From the IMG/VR virus record IMGVR_UViG_3300048999_000192, positions 1 to 64,000 of that record: a stretch of 64,000 bases of DNA; one strand, written 5' to 3'. Shown piece by piece: positions 51,801 through 60,084 of the stretch. The notes beneath the pieces were generated by a model that made no database searches, was not told where the DNA came from, and saw only the letters and a program-made list of their open reading frames with translations. Positions within the stretch are counted from its first letter, which is position 1. Each line of letters starts with the position of its first letter. The position numbers were made by a program, and so were the translations under genes. This DNA is from a virus.

Positions 51801-54604
51801 TCCGCAAGGTCCTGCGCCACGGCGGCCACCCGCGCGCCGACGACGCGTACGTCCACATCCACCGCGACCCGAACCGGAGCAGCTCCAACTCCGGCATCAG
51901 CCGGGAGACCGGCGCGCCCATCGTGAGCCTGCACCCGAGCCGGGCCGATCGCGGCACCATCACGCACGAGGCCGCGCACATCCTGAACGACCACGACCAC
52001 GGCAGGCAGGTCAACGAGGAGGCCCCGGACCACTACGTCCACGGGATCGGCTTCGCCCAGCACTACGCCCGCATGCTGCAGCCGTACGGGCCCCGCACGA
52101 CGCCGGGCGGCAACTACAAGCCCGGCGCGGGCGACCTGTTCCTGAACACCTACTACCGCTCGCTGGCCAAGCAGAACCGGGGCTTCGCCCACACCGCCGC
52201 CCGCGCCCTCCCGACCGACCGGATCTTCGGGCCGACGTACGGCCTGGACCATCGGCTGTTCAACGGCGAGGTGATCCGGCCGGAGGTGCGCAAGGCGGTC
52301 ATGGACCGGCTGGACGAGGTCTTCCGGGTGACCTCGGGCCTGCTCGACTGGTCCTCCTACATGCGCGTCTACCTGGCGGGCTCGGAGGCGAGCGAGTGGA
52401 CCAGCCCGACGCTGGAGGGCAACAACGACTTCGACACCTTGATCGGCGTCGACTACGACCAGGCGCGGGCGCACCGTGACGACAACTTCCTGACCATGAC
52501 CGACGGGGAGATCGACGACGTCCTGAACGACATCCTGCGCCAGTTCTACAACGACGAGGACTGGCAGGCCCCGTTCGGCGGCGTCTGGCACCTGACCGGC
52601 TACGTCAACCCGGACGCCTACGACATCCGGGACATCAAGCCGTACGCCGCCTATGACCTCTCGGACAGCCGCTGGGCAGTCAAGCCACCGCACCTGCCCT
52701 CCTGGGGCCCGGAGAGCTTCCCTGAGGGCCCCGCGCTCTGGCATGAGGCCTCGGCCGTCGCCGACTACATCGAGTCCATCCTGGAGCTCCCAGAGCCGTA
52801 CAGGACCCAGCAGGGCGGGGCGCTGTACGACCACCTGCACTCCGACCGGCACCGGGCGTTCGGGCCGAACGGCGAGGGCTGGTACGACCCGGGCAACGTC
52901 ATCGAGAAGTACCTGGACCAGCTCGGTCTGTGGGCCAAGCTCCTGCACCTGAAGAAGAACGCCGAGCACGGGGCCTACGACCCCGGTGAGCAGCCGATGC
53001 TGGAGGCGACGGCGCTGAGGGTCTATCACGGCACGTCGGCGGAGAACGCGGCCAAGATCAAGCACGAGGGCCTGACCTCACCGGTCTACGACGAGACCCA
53101 CAACACCCTGTCCGAGAGCCGGAGCCAGGCCCTGGAGCTGGCCCGGCGCCGGGGGCGTCAGGACCCGGCGGTCGTGGCCTTCGACGTGCCGGACGAGGCC
53201 GTCGGTGAGCACCTGCACCCGCCGTACGAGTACTGGGGTGGCAGCGGGGTGGCCAACACCTACGCCCTGCGCAAGCCGCTCCCGCCGCACTTCGTGGCCA
53301 CGGCCAAGGTGGCCAACTCCGACGGCGACGACTGGATGGAGTGCGACCAGGGGCACGAGCACTGGGGCACCAACGGGGCGGCCGGTCTGCTCCTCCGCCA
53401 CCACGACCCCGAGGACGGCAAGACCAGGTACCTGCTGCAGAAGCGCTCCCCGTGGGTCGACCACCCCGACACCTGGGGGATCCCCGGCGGCGCGCTCGGC
53501 CACGGGGAGCACCCGCTGAAGGGCGCGTTCCGCGAGGGGATCGAGGAGCTCGGCACCCTGCCGCCGGGCGTCCGCCGGAGCCACACCACCACCGACGACC
53601 ACGGCGGCTGGGCCTATCACACGGTGGTCGCCGACAGCCCGGAGCGCTTCGAACCCGGCGGCGGCCAGGACGACCATGAGAGCGACGGGCACGGCTGGTT
53701 CACGCACGGGGAGATGCAGGACCTGCCGCTGCACCCCGGCTTCGCCAAGAGCTGGGACCGCGTCCGCACGAGCCACCCGGGCAACAGCACGGTGCATGCG
53801 GCCAGCCACCACTGGATCGCCAACGAGCACAACCTGCGGGGGCCGGGGGAGCTCGAAGACGAGGACGAGGCCCCGGCGTACTTCCATGGTGACCGGGAGA
53901 GGCGCAACGGCCACTTCGATCGGGCCTGGGACCACCTGCGGCCGGAGCAGCACGAGAACATCCGGAAGAACCTGAAGGCGCTGTCCGCCAAGAAGATGAT
54001 CGTCGGCACCAACCATGCCGCCGAGATCTTCGACCACGGGCAGATGAAGACCCTGCACGAATACGATCCCCACGAGCGGACGGCGGGCTACCTCTTCGAC
54101 CGTAAGGCGCTGGAGCGCCACGTCCTCGGCGTGCCGGAGAGCACCAACCCCGACCAGCAGCCGATCTACGGGTCGATGCACGATGATCCGGTCGAGAACA
54201 ACTACGGCCGCTACAAGCTGGAGCTCAAGCCGCATGTGCGCGCCCGCGCCGGTGTCACCATGGGGGACTCGCTCAACGAGAAGCTCCGGGGTTACCACAT
54301 CGACCATGTGCCGCACCTCAGCCATGCGGAGATGAGGGAGATGGTCGAGCCCACCGAGCTGATCAACCTGGCCGAGAACGAGAAGCCCAAGTCCTACATG
54401 GAATTCCAGGTCCACGGCGGGATCGGGGTCCATGACATCGCGAAGCTGCACGTCCATGAGGATCACGGCAGGCCGCTGACAGAGAAGGATCACCAGGTGA
54501 TGGACAAGGCCCGCGATGCGGGGGTCGAGGTGGTCCACCACAAGCCGGACCCGAACTTCGGCCTGACGGATGATCAGGTCGCGACGCTGAGGGGGCACCG
54601 ATGA
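48806..54604 (+). CDS. giant His-rich polyvalent protein: GNAT-like, several ADP-ribosyltransferase-like modules, RelE-like, HExxH zincin, Pol-beta nucleotidyltransferase, Nudix, DUF3626-like
   Basis: RARGAGSALL; HRG..HWS..E (x2); IYRS..GDWVST..EWG; THEAAH; LAGSEAS..NDFD; VYHGTS; GGALGHGEHPLKGAFREGIEELG; PIYG..YG..GDS..YMEFQVHGG. Confidence 0.8.
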   Translation: MSDFDFSHEEINTGGTKYPTRVHLRAHHPDGSDAGSMHYFPPKRKGSPVTVDTLPHGDDRARGAGSALLDEMERRHPGSRVVYMDELHEKNKPKPGDPNFNANRDYGLPTDWEHHFPKLPGQIHRGMGVRLDKYTAGDINSGDMPSGDQAKILRGAIENGGPGGMHWSADESKSHQFAHRNVIDPRTDIPVVLHARTPGLKDVETRPDVLRNKGVWPHDHISGDAEVPIRKKRPVHITGISWLPDADHPEADEHGWVHHTFAEPLVHNASQGLAPRILGNTLGESHERGRNEHRAGRGKPRHRVQPGAGDDSGRAGELGGDAGDVGAGQAAERPVTFHPQAAKEFGKLDGQTKRQVQKTIDALSTGQPTQTHYLDAPLKGWQGTKASRGHRIVHKDTDDGGLHIGYVGLHDYEKAERRLGAREPFEFEYARNTIPAPKMPGDVYGQDIEPHGRYMTVRSQPGNYVDNERMKWEFGQHRFENPLHLDAEGWKQHLSDMHGGKTGRELSQAVRDAGHDGIVTHETWRGQRTPGEIVDLTGFKRRSRLARTAADDDDDYRMQHRPPDADFGAPHHDLTQILPDDVYTHPQYYDPNGQGGDWHDRKTFQDSYHQIQRTRDKPEAKVKIYRSLPAEYAHQGFRPGDWVSTSRDYAIGHGKHHADSKHDWPVISTSVPAKHLQTSGDDLREWGYTGPHKEWPAVSHKGGYHQEIRQRADGTIAPVKRRAPKEAADRALFTEKQPEDMRNQGGTDWDRVHPTLPPTVHRGAGFLLSPKDHAYVHDASIPAADRAHHLIGLMKGKAYSGGIGKHWSTDPWVAHHFAANEAGRNSDAYETEAPDYKWGTDDDGDPKWRPATMVMLHAKTPARADLDETHHDVWGRGVDYETHHEKETPVIAGRPVHVTGMSWGTEDDPAPDDDGEPQTLWQHHEDDYDGPADPPQHAYPHRHTFPGGQAHTATWEDETYAGWEPHQRAVSEAQEAVRAEHPYLTAPLPDSMSERDEELRKVLRHGGHPRADDAYVHIHRDPNRSSSNSGISRETGAPIVSLHPSRADRGTITHEAAHILNDHDHGRQVNEEAPDHYVHGIGFAQHYARMLQPYGPRTTPGGNYKPGAGDLFLNTYYRSLAKQNRGFAHTAARALPTDRIFGPTYGLDHRLFNGEVIRPEVRKAVMDRLDEVFRVTSGLLDWSSYMRVYLAGSEASEWTSPTLEGNNDFDTLIGVDYDQARAHRDDNFLTMTDGEIDDVLNDILRQFYNDEDWQAPFGGVWHLTGYVNPDAYDIRDIKPYAAYDLSDSRWAVKPPHLPSWGPESFPEGPALWHEASAVADYIESILELPEPYRTQQGGALYDHLHSDRHRAFGPNGEGWYDPGNVIEKYLDQLGLWAKLLHLKKNAEHGAYDPGEQPMLEATALRVYHGTSAENAAKIKHEGLTSPVYDETHNTLSESRSQALELARRRGRQDPAVVAFDVPDEAVGEHLHPPYEYWGGSGVANTYALRKPLPPHFVATAKVANSDGDDWMECDQGHEHWGTNGAAGLLLRHHDPEDGKTRYLLQKRSPWVDHPDTWGIPGGALGHGEHPLKGAFREGIEELGTLPPGVRRSHTTTDDHGGWAYHTVVADSPERFEPGGGQDDHESDGHGWFTHGEMQDLPLHPGFAKSWDRVRTSHPGNSTVHAASHHWIANEHNLRGPGELEDEDEAPAYFHGDRERRNGHFDRAWDHLRPEQHENIRKNLKALSAKKMIVGTNHAAEIFDHGQMKTLHEYDPHERTAGYLFDRKALERHVLGVPESTNPDQQPIYGSMHDDPVENNYGRYKLELKPHVRARAGVTMGDSLNEKLRGYHIDHVPHLSHAEMREMVEPTELINLAENEKPKSYMEFQVHGGIGVHDIAKLHVHEDHGRPLTEKDHQVMDKARDAGVEVVHHKPDPNFGLTDDQVATLRGHR
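49622..49663 (+). promoter_or_regulatory. internal phage promoter inside the giant ORF
   Basis: TTGGCT-17 bp (CCAAGGATTCTGGGGAA)-TACACT, then GCCAC as in other copies. Confidence 0.75.
49677..49811 (+). CDS. 44-aa antitoxin-like protein nested out of frame in the giant ORF
   Basis: AAGGGG RBS; ends ETPVTWEQVKQQNGL like RelB/ParD-type antitoxin C-termini; its TGA overlaps the GTG of the RelE-like domain. Confidence 0.65.
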   Translation: MSTEQGGGSLVIVSSRELATILAERESSGETPVTWEQVKQQNGL

Positions 54605-56028
54605 GGATGGATCTCGGCGGCGGCCGGTTCGCTGACGTCCCGGACGGGGCCAGCCATCGCAGCCTGATCAAGGTGATCAGCCCGGACGGCGTCCACGAGG
54701 TGTCCTGGGGCGGTCTGCAGGGCCTGTCCAACGGGGAGCTACCCGCCCGCCGGACGCCCAAGACGGCCGACTACCACCTGCAGCACCGGGCGCCGGACGA
54801 GGAGTCCGGCAAGCCCCTGCACCACTACGAGGGCGGCGACGGGGATGAGCACGTCGACATCTACCGGGCCGTCCCTCACGATGTCCGGCACATCGAGCAC
54901 GACTCGTGGATCACCACCAACCCCGAGTACGCCCACCAGCACGCCCAGCAGTACGACGGGTCGGAATCCTGGCCGGTGCTGCATGCCAGCGTGCCCAAGA
55001 AGCACCTGTACTGGGACGAGAACGACCCGAATGAGCACGGCTACCAGGGGCCGGACATTCCCGAGGCCGACGTGCACGACGAGGAACACGGCGTCATCTC
55101 ACGGGACGAGCACGATGAGGCGCACCCGCAGCCGAGCGAGGAGGAGGCCGAGCGCGGCGGAGAGCACTTCCACGGCACCGCCGTGCACCTGCCACCGAGG
55201 GCGCACCAGATCGTCCACAACCCGAAGAAGCCCATGGACGTACGGGCGCGCGTGCTACTGGGTCACCTGCCCAAGGAGGTCCAGCACAACTCCGGGGGCC
55301 CGTGGGAAGAGGACGCCGACGACGCCGAGCTGGAGTCGATGAGCCAGGCCGACGACATGGGCCCGCACCCTGAGCACGGCACCCCACCGACGCAGGTCGT
55401 GGTGCACGGCAGTCCGTACGGCAGCAAACCGCACGGCATCTCCTGGGCGGACTCGGCCAAGGAGCCGCTGGTCTTCCACCGCGACTACGCGCACCACACG
55501 TTCGGCGGCAAGACGGCCAAGACTGCGGTGGACGCCACTGGCTCGATGATGGTCGCCTTCGTCCCGCCGAAGAACGTGATCGACCACCTCGTGCAGGAGG
55601 GCGGCGAGACGGCCGACGAGCTCCACATCACCCTGCTCTACCTGGGCAAGGAGTCGGCGTTCACGCCCAAGCAGGTCGCCCAGCTCCCCACCCTGGTGAG
55701 CCAGTGGGCCAAGGGCCAGCACCCGATGCAGGCCAACACCCAGGGTGCGGGCACGTTCATCAGCAAGGACAACCACAAGAACAGCCACGTCATGTGGGCC
55801 TCGGTGAACATCCCCGGGGTGACGCGGGCCCACGACGGCCTGGTGGACTTCCTGCGCGGCCACGGCCTGACAATCAAGGAGGATTTCGGGTACATCCCGC
55901 ATATAACCCTGAAGTATGACAAGTATCACGTCCGGTTCCTGCCCAAGGTCGAGCCCATGACCTGGGACATCACGCAGGTCTGGTTCTGCCGGGGCGATGA
56001 GTGGACACCGTACGTGCTAGGACGTTGA
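54601..56028 (+). CDS. second polyvalent protein: ART-like modules plus 2H phosphoesterase
   Basis: Modules paralogous to the giant protein; ELHITL and IPHITL HxT motifs. Confidence 0.8.
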   Translation: MRMDLGGGRFADVPDGASHRSLIKVISPDGVHEVSWGGLQGLSNGELPARRTPKTADYHLQHRAPDEESGKPLHHYEGGDGDEHVDIYRAVPHDVRHIEHDSWITTNPEYAHQHAQQYDGSESWPVLHASVPKKHLYWDENDPNEHGYQGPDIPEADVHDEEHGVISRDEHDEAHPQPSEEEAERGGEHFHGTAVHLPPRAHQIVHNPKKPMDVRARVLLGHLPKEVQHNSGGPWEEDADDAELESMSQADDMGPHPEHGTPPTQVVVHGSPYGSKPHGISWADSAKEPLVFHRDYAHHTFGGKTAKTAVDATGSMMVAFVPPKNVIDHLVQEGGETADELHITLLYLGKESAFTPKQVAQLPTLVSQWAKGQHPMQANTQGAGTFISKDNHKNSHVMWASVNIPGVTRAHDGLVDFLRGHGLTIKEDFGYIPHITLKYDKYHVRFLPKVEPMTWDITQVWFCRGDEWTPYVLGR

Positions 56029-56060
56029 CTCCAAGGTTTCTTGGGGTACCTTGGAGTCAA
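56025..56060 (+). promoter_or_regulatory. phage promoter within a 13-bp inverted repeat
   Basis: TTGACT-16 bp-TACCTT; TTGACTCCAAGGT/ACCTTGGAGTCAA. Confidence 0.7.
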
Positions 56061-56107
56061 GAGGGACTGCCATATCAGACAGACCCGACAGTCTCAAGGA
56101 GATCCCG

Positions 56108-56575
56108 ATGAGAGATGGCACCAAGATCGCCCTGTTGGTCGGCATTCCGCTGGTCGCCTACGGGGGTGTCGTCGGCTCCATCGTGCTGAAGCACCACGTC
56201 GACACGATGTATCGCGAGCAGGGCATCGATCAGGCCGACAAGACCACCAACGGCTGGATCACCGCGATCGGGGTCTTCCTCATCCTCGCGATCACCATCG
56301 CCACCGTGGTGCTCGCGATCCGGATCTCCCGCTGGCTGGCCCGCCGGACCCTCCAGTTCGAGGCCTCCATCGCTCACCTGGACCCTGAAGACCAGCTCGC
56401 CGCCCGCCGTCGGCGCAACGCCGTTCAGGCCGCGCTGATCGTGGGAGGCTCCATCGCCGCGCACGAGCTCATGAAGCACCGCGAGCGGATGGCGGCCGAG
56501 GACCTGGAGCGCACCCGCGAGCGGAACGACGACATCACCCGCCAGTCGCACCACTACTACGAGGACATGCGTTGA
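56108..56575 (+). CDS. membrane protein
   Basis: AAGGAG RBS, two to three TM helices. Confidence 0.75.
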   Translation: MRDGTKIALLVGIPLVAYGGVVGSIVLKHHVDTMYREQGIDQADKTTNGWITAIGVFLILAITIATVVLAIRISRWLARRTLQFEASIAHLDPEDQLAARRRRNAVQAALIVGGSIAAHELMKHRERMAAEDLERTRERNDDITRQSHHYYEDMR

Positions 56576-56775
56576 GGCTTCCGAAGTTCCCCGAGCGATC
56601 CTGCCGCGAGCACGTCGAGGGCAACGGGCAGATCGGGCTGTGCAGCGTGATCTCGGGTCACCCGGGTCCCTGTGGCTCCCTGACCATCCCGGGCTCCATC
56701 AAGCGGCGGGACGCCTGGGAGGCCGACAATCCGGACTGGGAGAATGGGCTGGCTGAGCACGATCCGTTCGTGTGA
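56572..56775 (+). CDS. small Cys/His protein
   Basis: C...CSVISGHPGPC motif. Confidence 0.55.
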   Translation: MRLPKFPERSCREHVEGNGQIGLCSVISGHPGPCGSLTIPGSIKRRDAWEADNPDWENGLAEHDPFV

Positions 56776-56869
56776 TGCCTTTTCTTGCCGGATACTCCCA
56801 GAATCCTCGGTAGAGCTGCTACGGTTAGTCCCTAGATACCTCCTCATATCGAAGGAAAAGGGGACAACC

Positions 56870-57064
56870 ATGCCCAAGCCCGTGGAGACCGAAGCCCTGC
56901 TCACCCCCGCCGAGGTCGCGAGCATGTTCCGCGTCGACCCCAAGACGGTCACCCGGTGGGCCAAGGCCGGGAAGCTGACTTCAATCCGCACCCTGGGCGG
57001 CCACCGCCGCTACAAGGAGGCGGAGGTCCGCGCACTCCTGGGCGGGCTCCCGGCGCAGGCCTGA
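56870..57064 (+). CDS. bldC: BldC-family developmental regulator (stand-alone MerR-type wHTH)
   Basis: LLTPAEVASMFRVDPKTVTRWAKAGKLTSIRTLGGHRRYKEAEVRALL, almost identical to Streptomyces BldC as recalled. Confidence 0.92.
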   Translation: MPKPVETEALLTPAEVASMFRVDPKTVTRWAKAGKLTSIRTLGGHRRYKEAEVRALLGGLPAQA

Positions 57065-57082
57065 GCCTCTCCCGCTCGACCC

Positions 57083-57110
57083 GAGCCCCCGCCCTCACCG
57101 GCGGGGGCTC
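57083..57110 (+). terminator. stem-loop after bldC
   Basis: GAGCCCCCGCC/GGCGGGGGCTC. Confidence 0.75.
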
Positions 57111-57111
57111 G

Positions 57112-57182
57112 ATCATTTTAAAATGATGGCTGGAATCGCTTCCCTCCCCAGAATCCTTGGAGTAGAGTGGCGTTATCGCCAC
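57112..57182 (+). promoter_or_regulatory. phage promoter, fullest copy
   Basis: ATCATTTTAAAATGAT palindrome; TTCCCT-17 bp-TAGAGT; GTGGCGTTATCGCCAC. Confidence 0.8.
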
Positions 57183-57201
57183 CAACGAGGAGGAAAACCC
57201 C

Positions 57202-57813
57202 GTGAAGAAGATCCAGACCGAGCTCGTCGAGACCTTCCAGTACGGCCCCGAAGCCCTGATCGGCCGGACGATCGCCGCCTACGGCAAGCCCGTCGGCGAG
57301 ATCACTGGAGTGCAGGACCACGAGGGCCACCGGTATCTCGCGATCGAGGGCCAGGAGATCCCCTTCTGCTTCGGGGCGAACAAGGTCTTCGAACTGGTCG
57401 TGGAGGAGCCCGAGCTGACCCGTGACGGCCCGGCGGAGAACCTCGCGCCCAACCAGCGCCGCGTCGGCCCGATCGTGCTCACCCGCCACGCCAGCGACCA
57501 GTGGACGATGGTCTTCCTGAACGGGCCGCACTACACCTACCTCCGGGTCGACGAGCTGATGATGTACGCCGTCCAGCGCCTCGGCGTGAACCTGGTCGAG
57601 CTGGAGAAGAAGGTCCGGGAGCTCAGTGAGGCGGCTCCCCAGCGCCCGGAGAGCCCCGTGGAGGCCTTGCTACGCGGCTTCGAGGAGCGGGGCACCATGC
57701 TCTGCAAGGCGGAGCGCACGCGGCTTACCACGGCCTTCGAGGCGGGCCGGAAACTCGGCCAGGACGAGGGCTACCGCCAGCACTGCGACGAGATCGACGA
57801 GTCCGGATACTGA
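57202..57813 (+). CDS. hypothetical early protein
   Basis: GAGGAGG RBS behind promoter. Confidence 0.8.
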   Translation: MKKIQTELVETFQYGPEALIGRTIAAYGKPVGEITGVQDHEGHRYLAIEGQEIPFCFGANKVFELVVEEPELTRDGPAENLAPNQRRVGPIVLTRHASDQWTMVFLNGPHYTYLRVDELMMYAVQRLGVNLVELEKKVRELSEAAPQRPESPVEALLRGFEERGTMLCKAERTRLTTAFEAGRKLGQDEGYRQHCDEIDESGY

Positions 57814-58133
57814 TGAGCACCTTTCGCGAGCTGGGGGACGGCACCCTGCTGGATGCCGTCCCCAACGGCACGGACCATCTGATGCTCCTCGCGCGGGTCT
57901 CCAGCGACGCGATAGAGGGCACCGGGGTCTTCCTCGGCATGGCCGACAAGAACCGGGCCGCCGGGACGTGGAAGGTCATGGGCGTCGGGCCGATCTGGGA
58001 CATCGAACTGGAGGTGTCCATCTACCAGCCGTACACCTCGTTCGCCCAGCGCATGGGCGACGCCCTCGCCCTGCTCTACACCGCCCACCAGCTCCACGAG
58101 CTCCCCGTGGACCACGACGTGAGGAACGACTGA
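57813..58133 (+). CDS. hypothetical protein
   Basis: TGATG overlap. Confidence 0.7.
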   Translation: MSTFRELGDGTLLDAVPNGTDHLMLLARVSSDAIEGTGVFLGMADKNRAAGTWKVMGVGPIWDIELEVSIYQPYTSFAQRMGDALALLYTAHQLHELPVDHDVRND

Positions 58134-58134
58134 A

Positions 58135-58386
58135 ATGGCCGACAAGCGCCGTCCCACCCAGTACGAGACCCGCGCGGCCATCCGCCGCCTGGAGGAGGGT
58201 CTGGAGTCCCTGCGGCAGTTCCTGGACCCCCAGAACGACGACTGCTCCGTCCCGGCCGAGGTGCGCGAGGCATCCAAGAGCTACCTGCAGTCCTGGGTCG
58301 AGGGCCCGGCCGAGGGGGCCCTGAAGATGCTCATGCGCTCCCAGGAGGGCAAGCCCACCATCAACAGCCACTGGCAGGACTACTAG
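58135..58386 (+). CDS. hypothetical protein
   Basis: GAGG RBS. Confidence 0.7.
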   Translation: MADKRRPTQYETRAAIRRLEEGLESLRQFLDPQNDDCSVPAEVREASKSYLQSWVEGPAEGALKMLMRSQEGKPTINSHWQDY

Positions 58387-58394
58387 GAGGCACC

Positions 58395-58613
58395 GTGTGG
58401 CCGTACCGGACTGAGACCCGGGTGGCGATCAGCCGCCCGCCTCGCGACCGGCCAGGGGAGGCCGTCACCGTCTACGGACTGGTGGCGGCCTTTACCGCTC
58501 GCGAGGCCGAGCTGATCGGCTGCCAGATGGCCACGGCGATGCACCCCGACGCCGTGATGGCCATCTCCAGCAAACCGGCGATCGAGATCACCGATCTCGG
58601 AGAATCATTTTAA
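58395..58613 (+). CDS. hypothetical protein
   Basis: AGGAGG RBS. Confidence 0.65.
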   Translation: MWPYRTETRVAISRPPRDRPGEAVTVYGLVAAFTAREAELIGCQMATAMHPDAVMAISSKPAIEITDLGESF

Positions 58614-58662
58614 AATCTCTTCCACTCCAGGAATTCTAGGAGTAGAGTGACGTTATCGGCAC
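58604..58662 (+). promoter_or_regulatory. phage promoter
   Basis: ATCATTTTAAAAT; TTCCAC-17 bp (TCCAGGAATTCTAGGAG)-TAGAGT. Confidence 0.8.
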
Positions 58663-58681
58663 CAACGAGGAGGAACCCCCA

Positions 58682-59266
58682 ATGATCAGCACCATCGCAC
58701 ATGTGACCTACCAGGTGGTCGCCAACGACGCGGGCCTGCAGGGCGTCTCGATCGCCCGGGACGTCACCGCCGACGGCACTGAGGCCTGGCGAGTGGTGCT
58801 GGAGTACGCGCAGGCCCGGAACGTGGACGTCCCGGTCGCCAACGCCACCGAGGCCTGCGAGCACGCGATCCACGTGCTCCCCGAGGACCAGCCGAACACG
58901 ACCACCGACGCCGTCAAGGCCGTCCGTACGATCCAGGACGCGGTGCTGTACCGCGCCTACTCCCTCGCCCACACCTACGCGGTGCGCCTGGAGGAGAGCG
59001 GTCACAACCCCAAGCTCTACGTGAACTACCACGAGGGCACCGTCATGAACGGCAAGCGCTGGACCGCCGACGTCTTCCAGGTGCAGCTCTCGGCCAAGAA
59101 GGACTGGTTCTCCTCGCACCTGCTCGTCTCCTGGCGCACGCTGGCCGAGGGCGCGCCCCGCCGGACCACCTCCCGCCTCACCGGCACCGTCCACCAGTCG
59201 CGCAAGGCCATCAAGATCAAGAGCGCTCGCGACCTGGACGCCTGGGTCTACGCCCTGGCGAGCTGA
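58682..59266 (+). CDS. hypothetical early protein
   Basis: GAGGAGG RBS behind promoter. Confidence 0.8.
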   Translation: MISTIAHVTYQVVANDAGLQGVSIARDVTADGTEAWRVVLEYAQARNVDVPVANATEACEHAIHVLPEDQPNTTTDAVKAVRTIQDAVLYRAYSLAHTYAVRLEESGHNPKLYVNYHEGTVMNGKRWTADVFQVQLSAKKDWFSSHLLVSWRTLAEGAPRRTTSRLTGTVHQSRKAIKIKSARDLDAWVYALAS

Positions 59267-59360
59267 GCCCGCTGAGGTAGATTCTTTGGAGAGATCGGCC
59301 TACGGGTCGATCTCTCCCACTTTTCTTGGTAATGTGACAGAGCACCACAGAGGAGGGCCA

Positions 59361-59669
59361 ATGGCTTCTCGTGAAGAGATGGCCCGTGAGCTCATGCTGA
59401 TCAGTGTCGCCCTCGGGCGCGTCGCCGCTTTCAGGGGCATTGGCGACGCCAGTCCGACCGTGATGATGGTCGACGAGCTCGTCCGGGATCACGAGGAGCT
59501 GGAGGCCCGCATCGACGCGGCCATGATGCTCTTGAAGCAGCTCAACGAAGGCATCATCTGGCCGGATGGCCATGATGACTGGAGTTGGCAGGTCAATGAG
59601 CTTGCGCGGCTCCTACAGGGTGGGGCTCGCGTGCCGGAAACCCCCGAAGATCTGGAAGGACACGAATGA
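59361..59669 (+). CDS. hypothetical protein
   Basis: GAGGAGG RBS; promoter variant TCGATC-17 bp-TAATGT at 59307-59335. Confidence 0.7.
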   Translation: MASREEMARELMLISVALGRVAAFRGIGDASPTVMMVDELVRDHEELEARIDAAMMLLKQLNEGIIWPDGHDDWSWQVNELARLLQGGARVPETPEDLEGHE

Positions 59670-60019
59670 CCCAGGGCTACAACTACCTCGCGATCGGCGG
59701 CTCGGCGGACGGTCAGCAGATCGTCCAGCAGTTCCCCGTCAACTGGATCGAGATGGACGTCAACGGCCAGCCGCAGTCCTACCGCAAGGTGCCGGTGCCG
59801 GTGTTCGACCGGGTCTTCGAGGTGCTCGTCTACGAGCCGCTCACCAAGAACCGCGCCGACCTGTCCACCGCCCTGGCCCGCTCCCTGCTGAGCGGCCCGG
59901 CCTCCGCGCTGTGGGAGGTCGGCTCCCCGCTCACCCCGCCTGCCACGCAGGGCGACGGTCAGAGCTCCGTTCCCCCCACCCGGCAGCAGCCTGCCGTCGG
60001 TGACGAGGCGTCCCGCTAG
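59666..60019 (+). CDS. hypothetical protein
   Basis: GGSADG motif, ATGA overlap. Confidence 0.7.
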   Translation: MTQGYNYLAIGGSADGQQIVQQFPVNWIEMDVNGQPQSYRKVPVPVFDRVFEVLVYEPLTKNRADLSTALARSLLSGPASALWEVGSPLTPPATQGDGQSSVPPTRQQPAVGDEASR

Positions 60020-60084
60020 GACGCTCTCAGCGCCGTAGGGCCCGGTCCAGACGGGCCGGGCCCCGCTCTCCCCCGGAGGTACGC

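Noticed and set aside
48431-53065. 1544-aa minus-strand ORF
   Set aside because: Antisense shadow of the giant polyvalent gene; V/G/L/R-rich with no motifs
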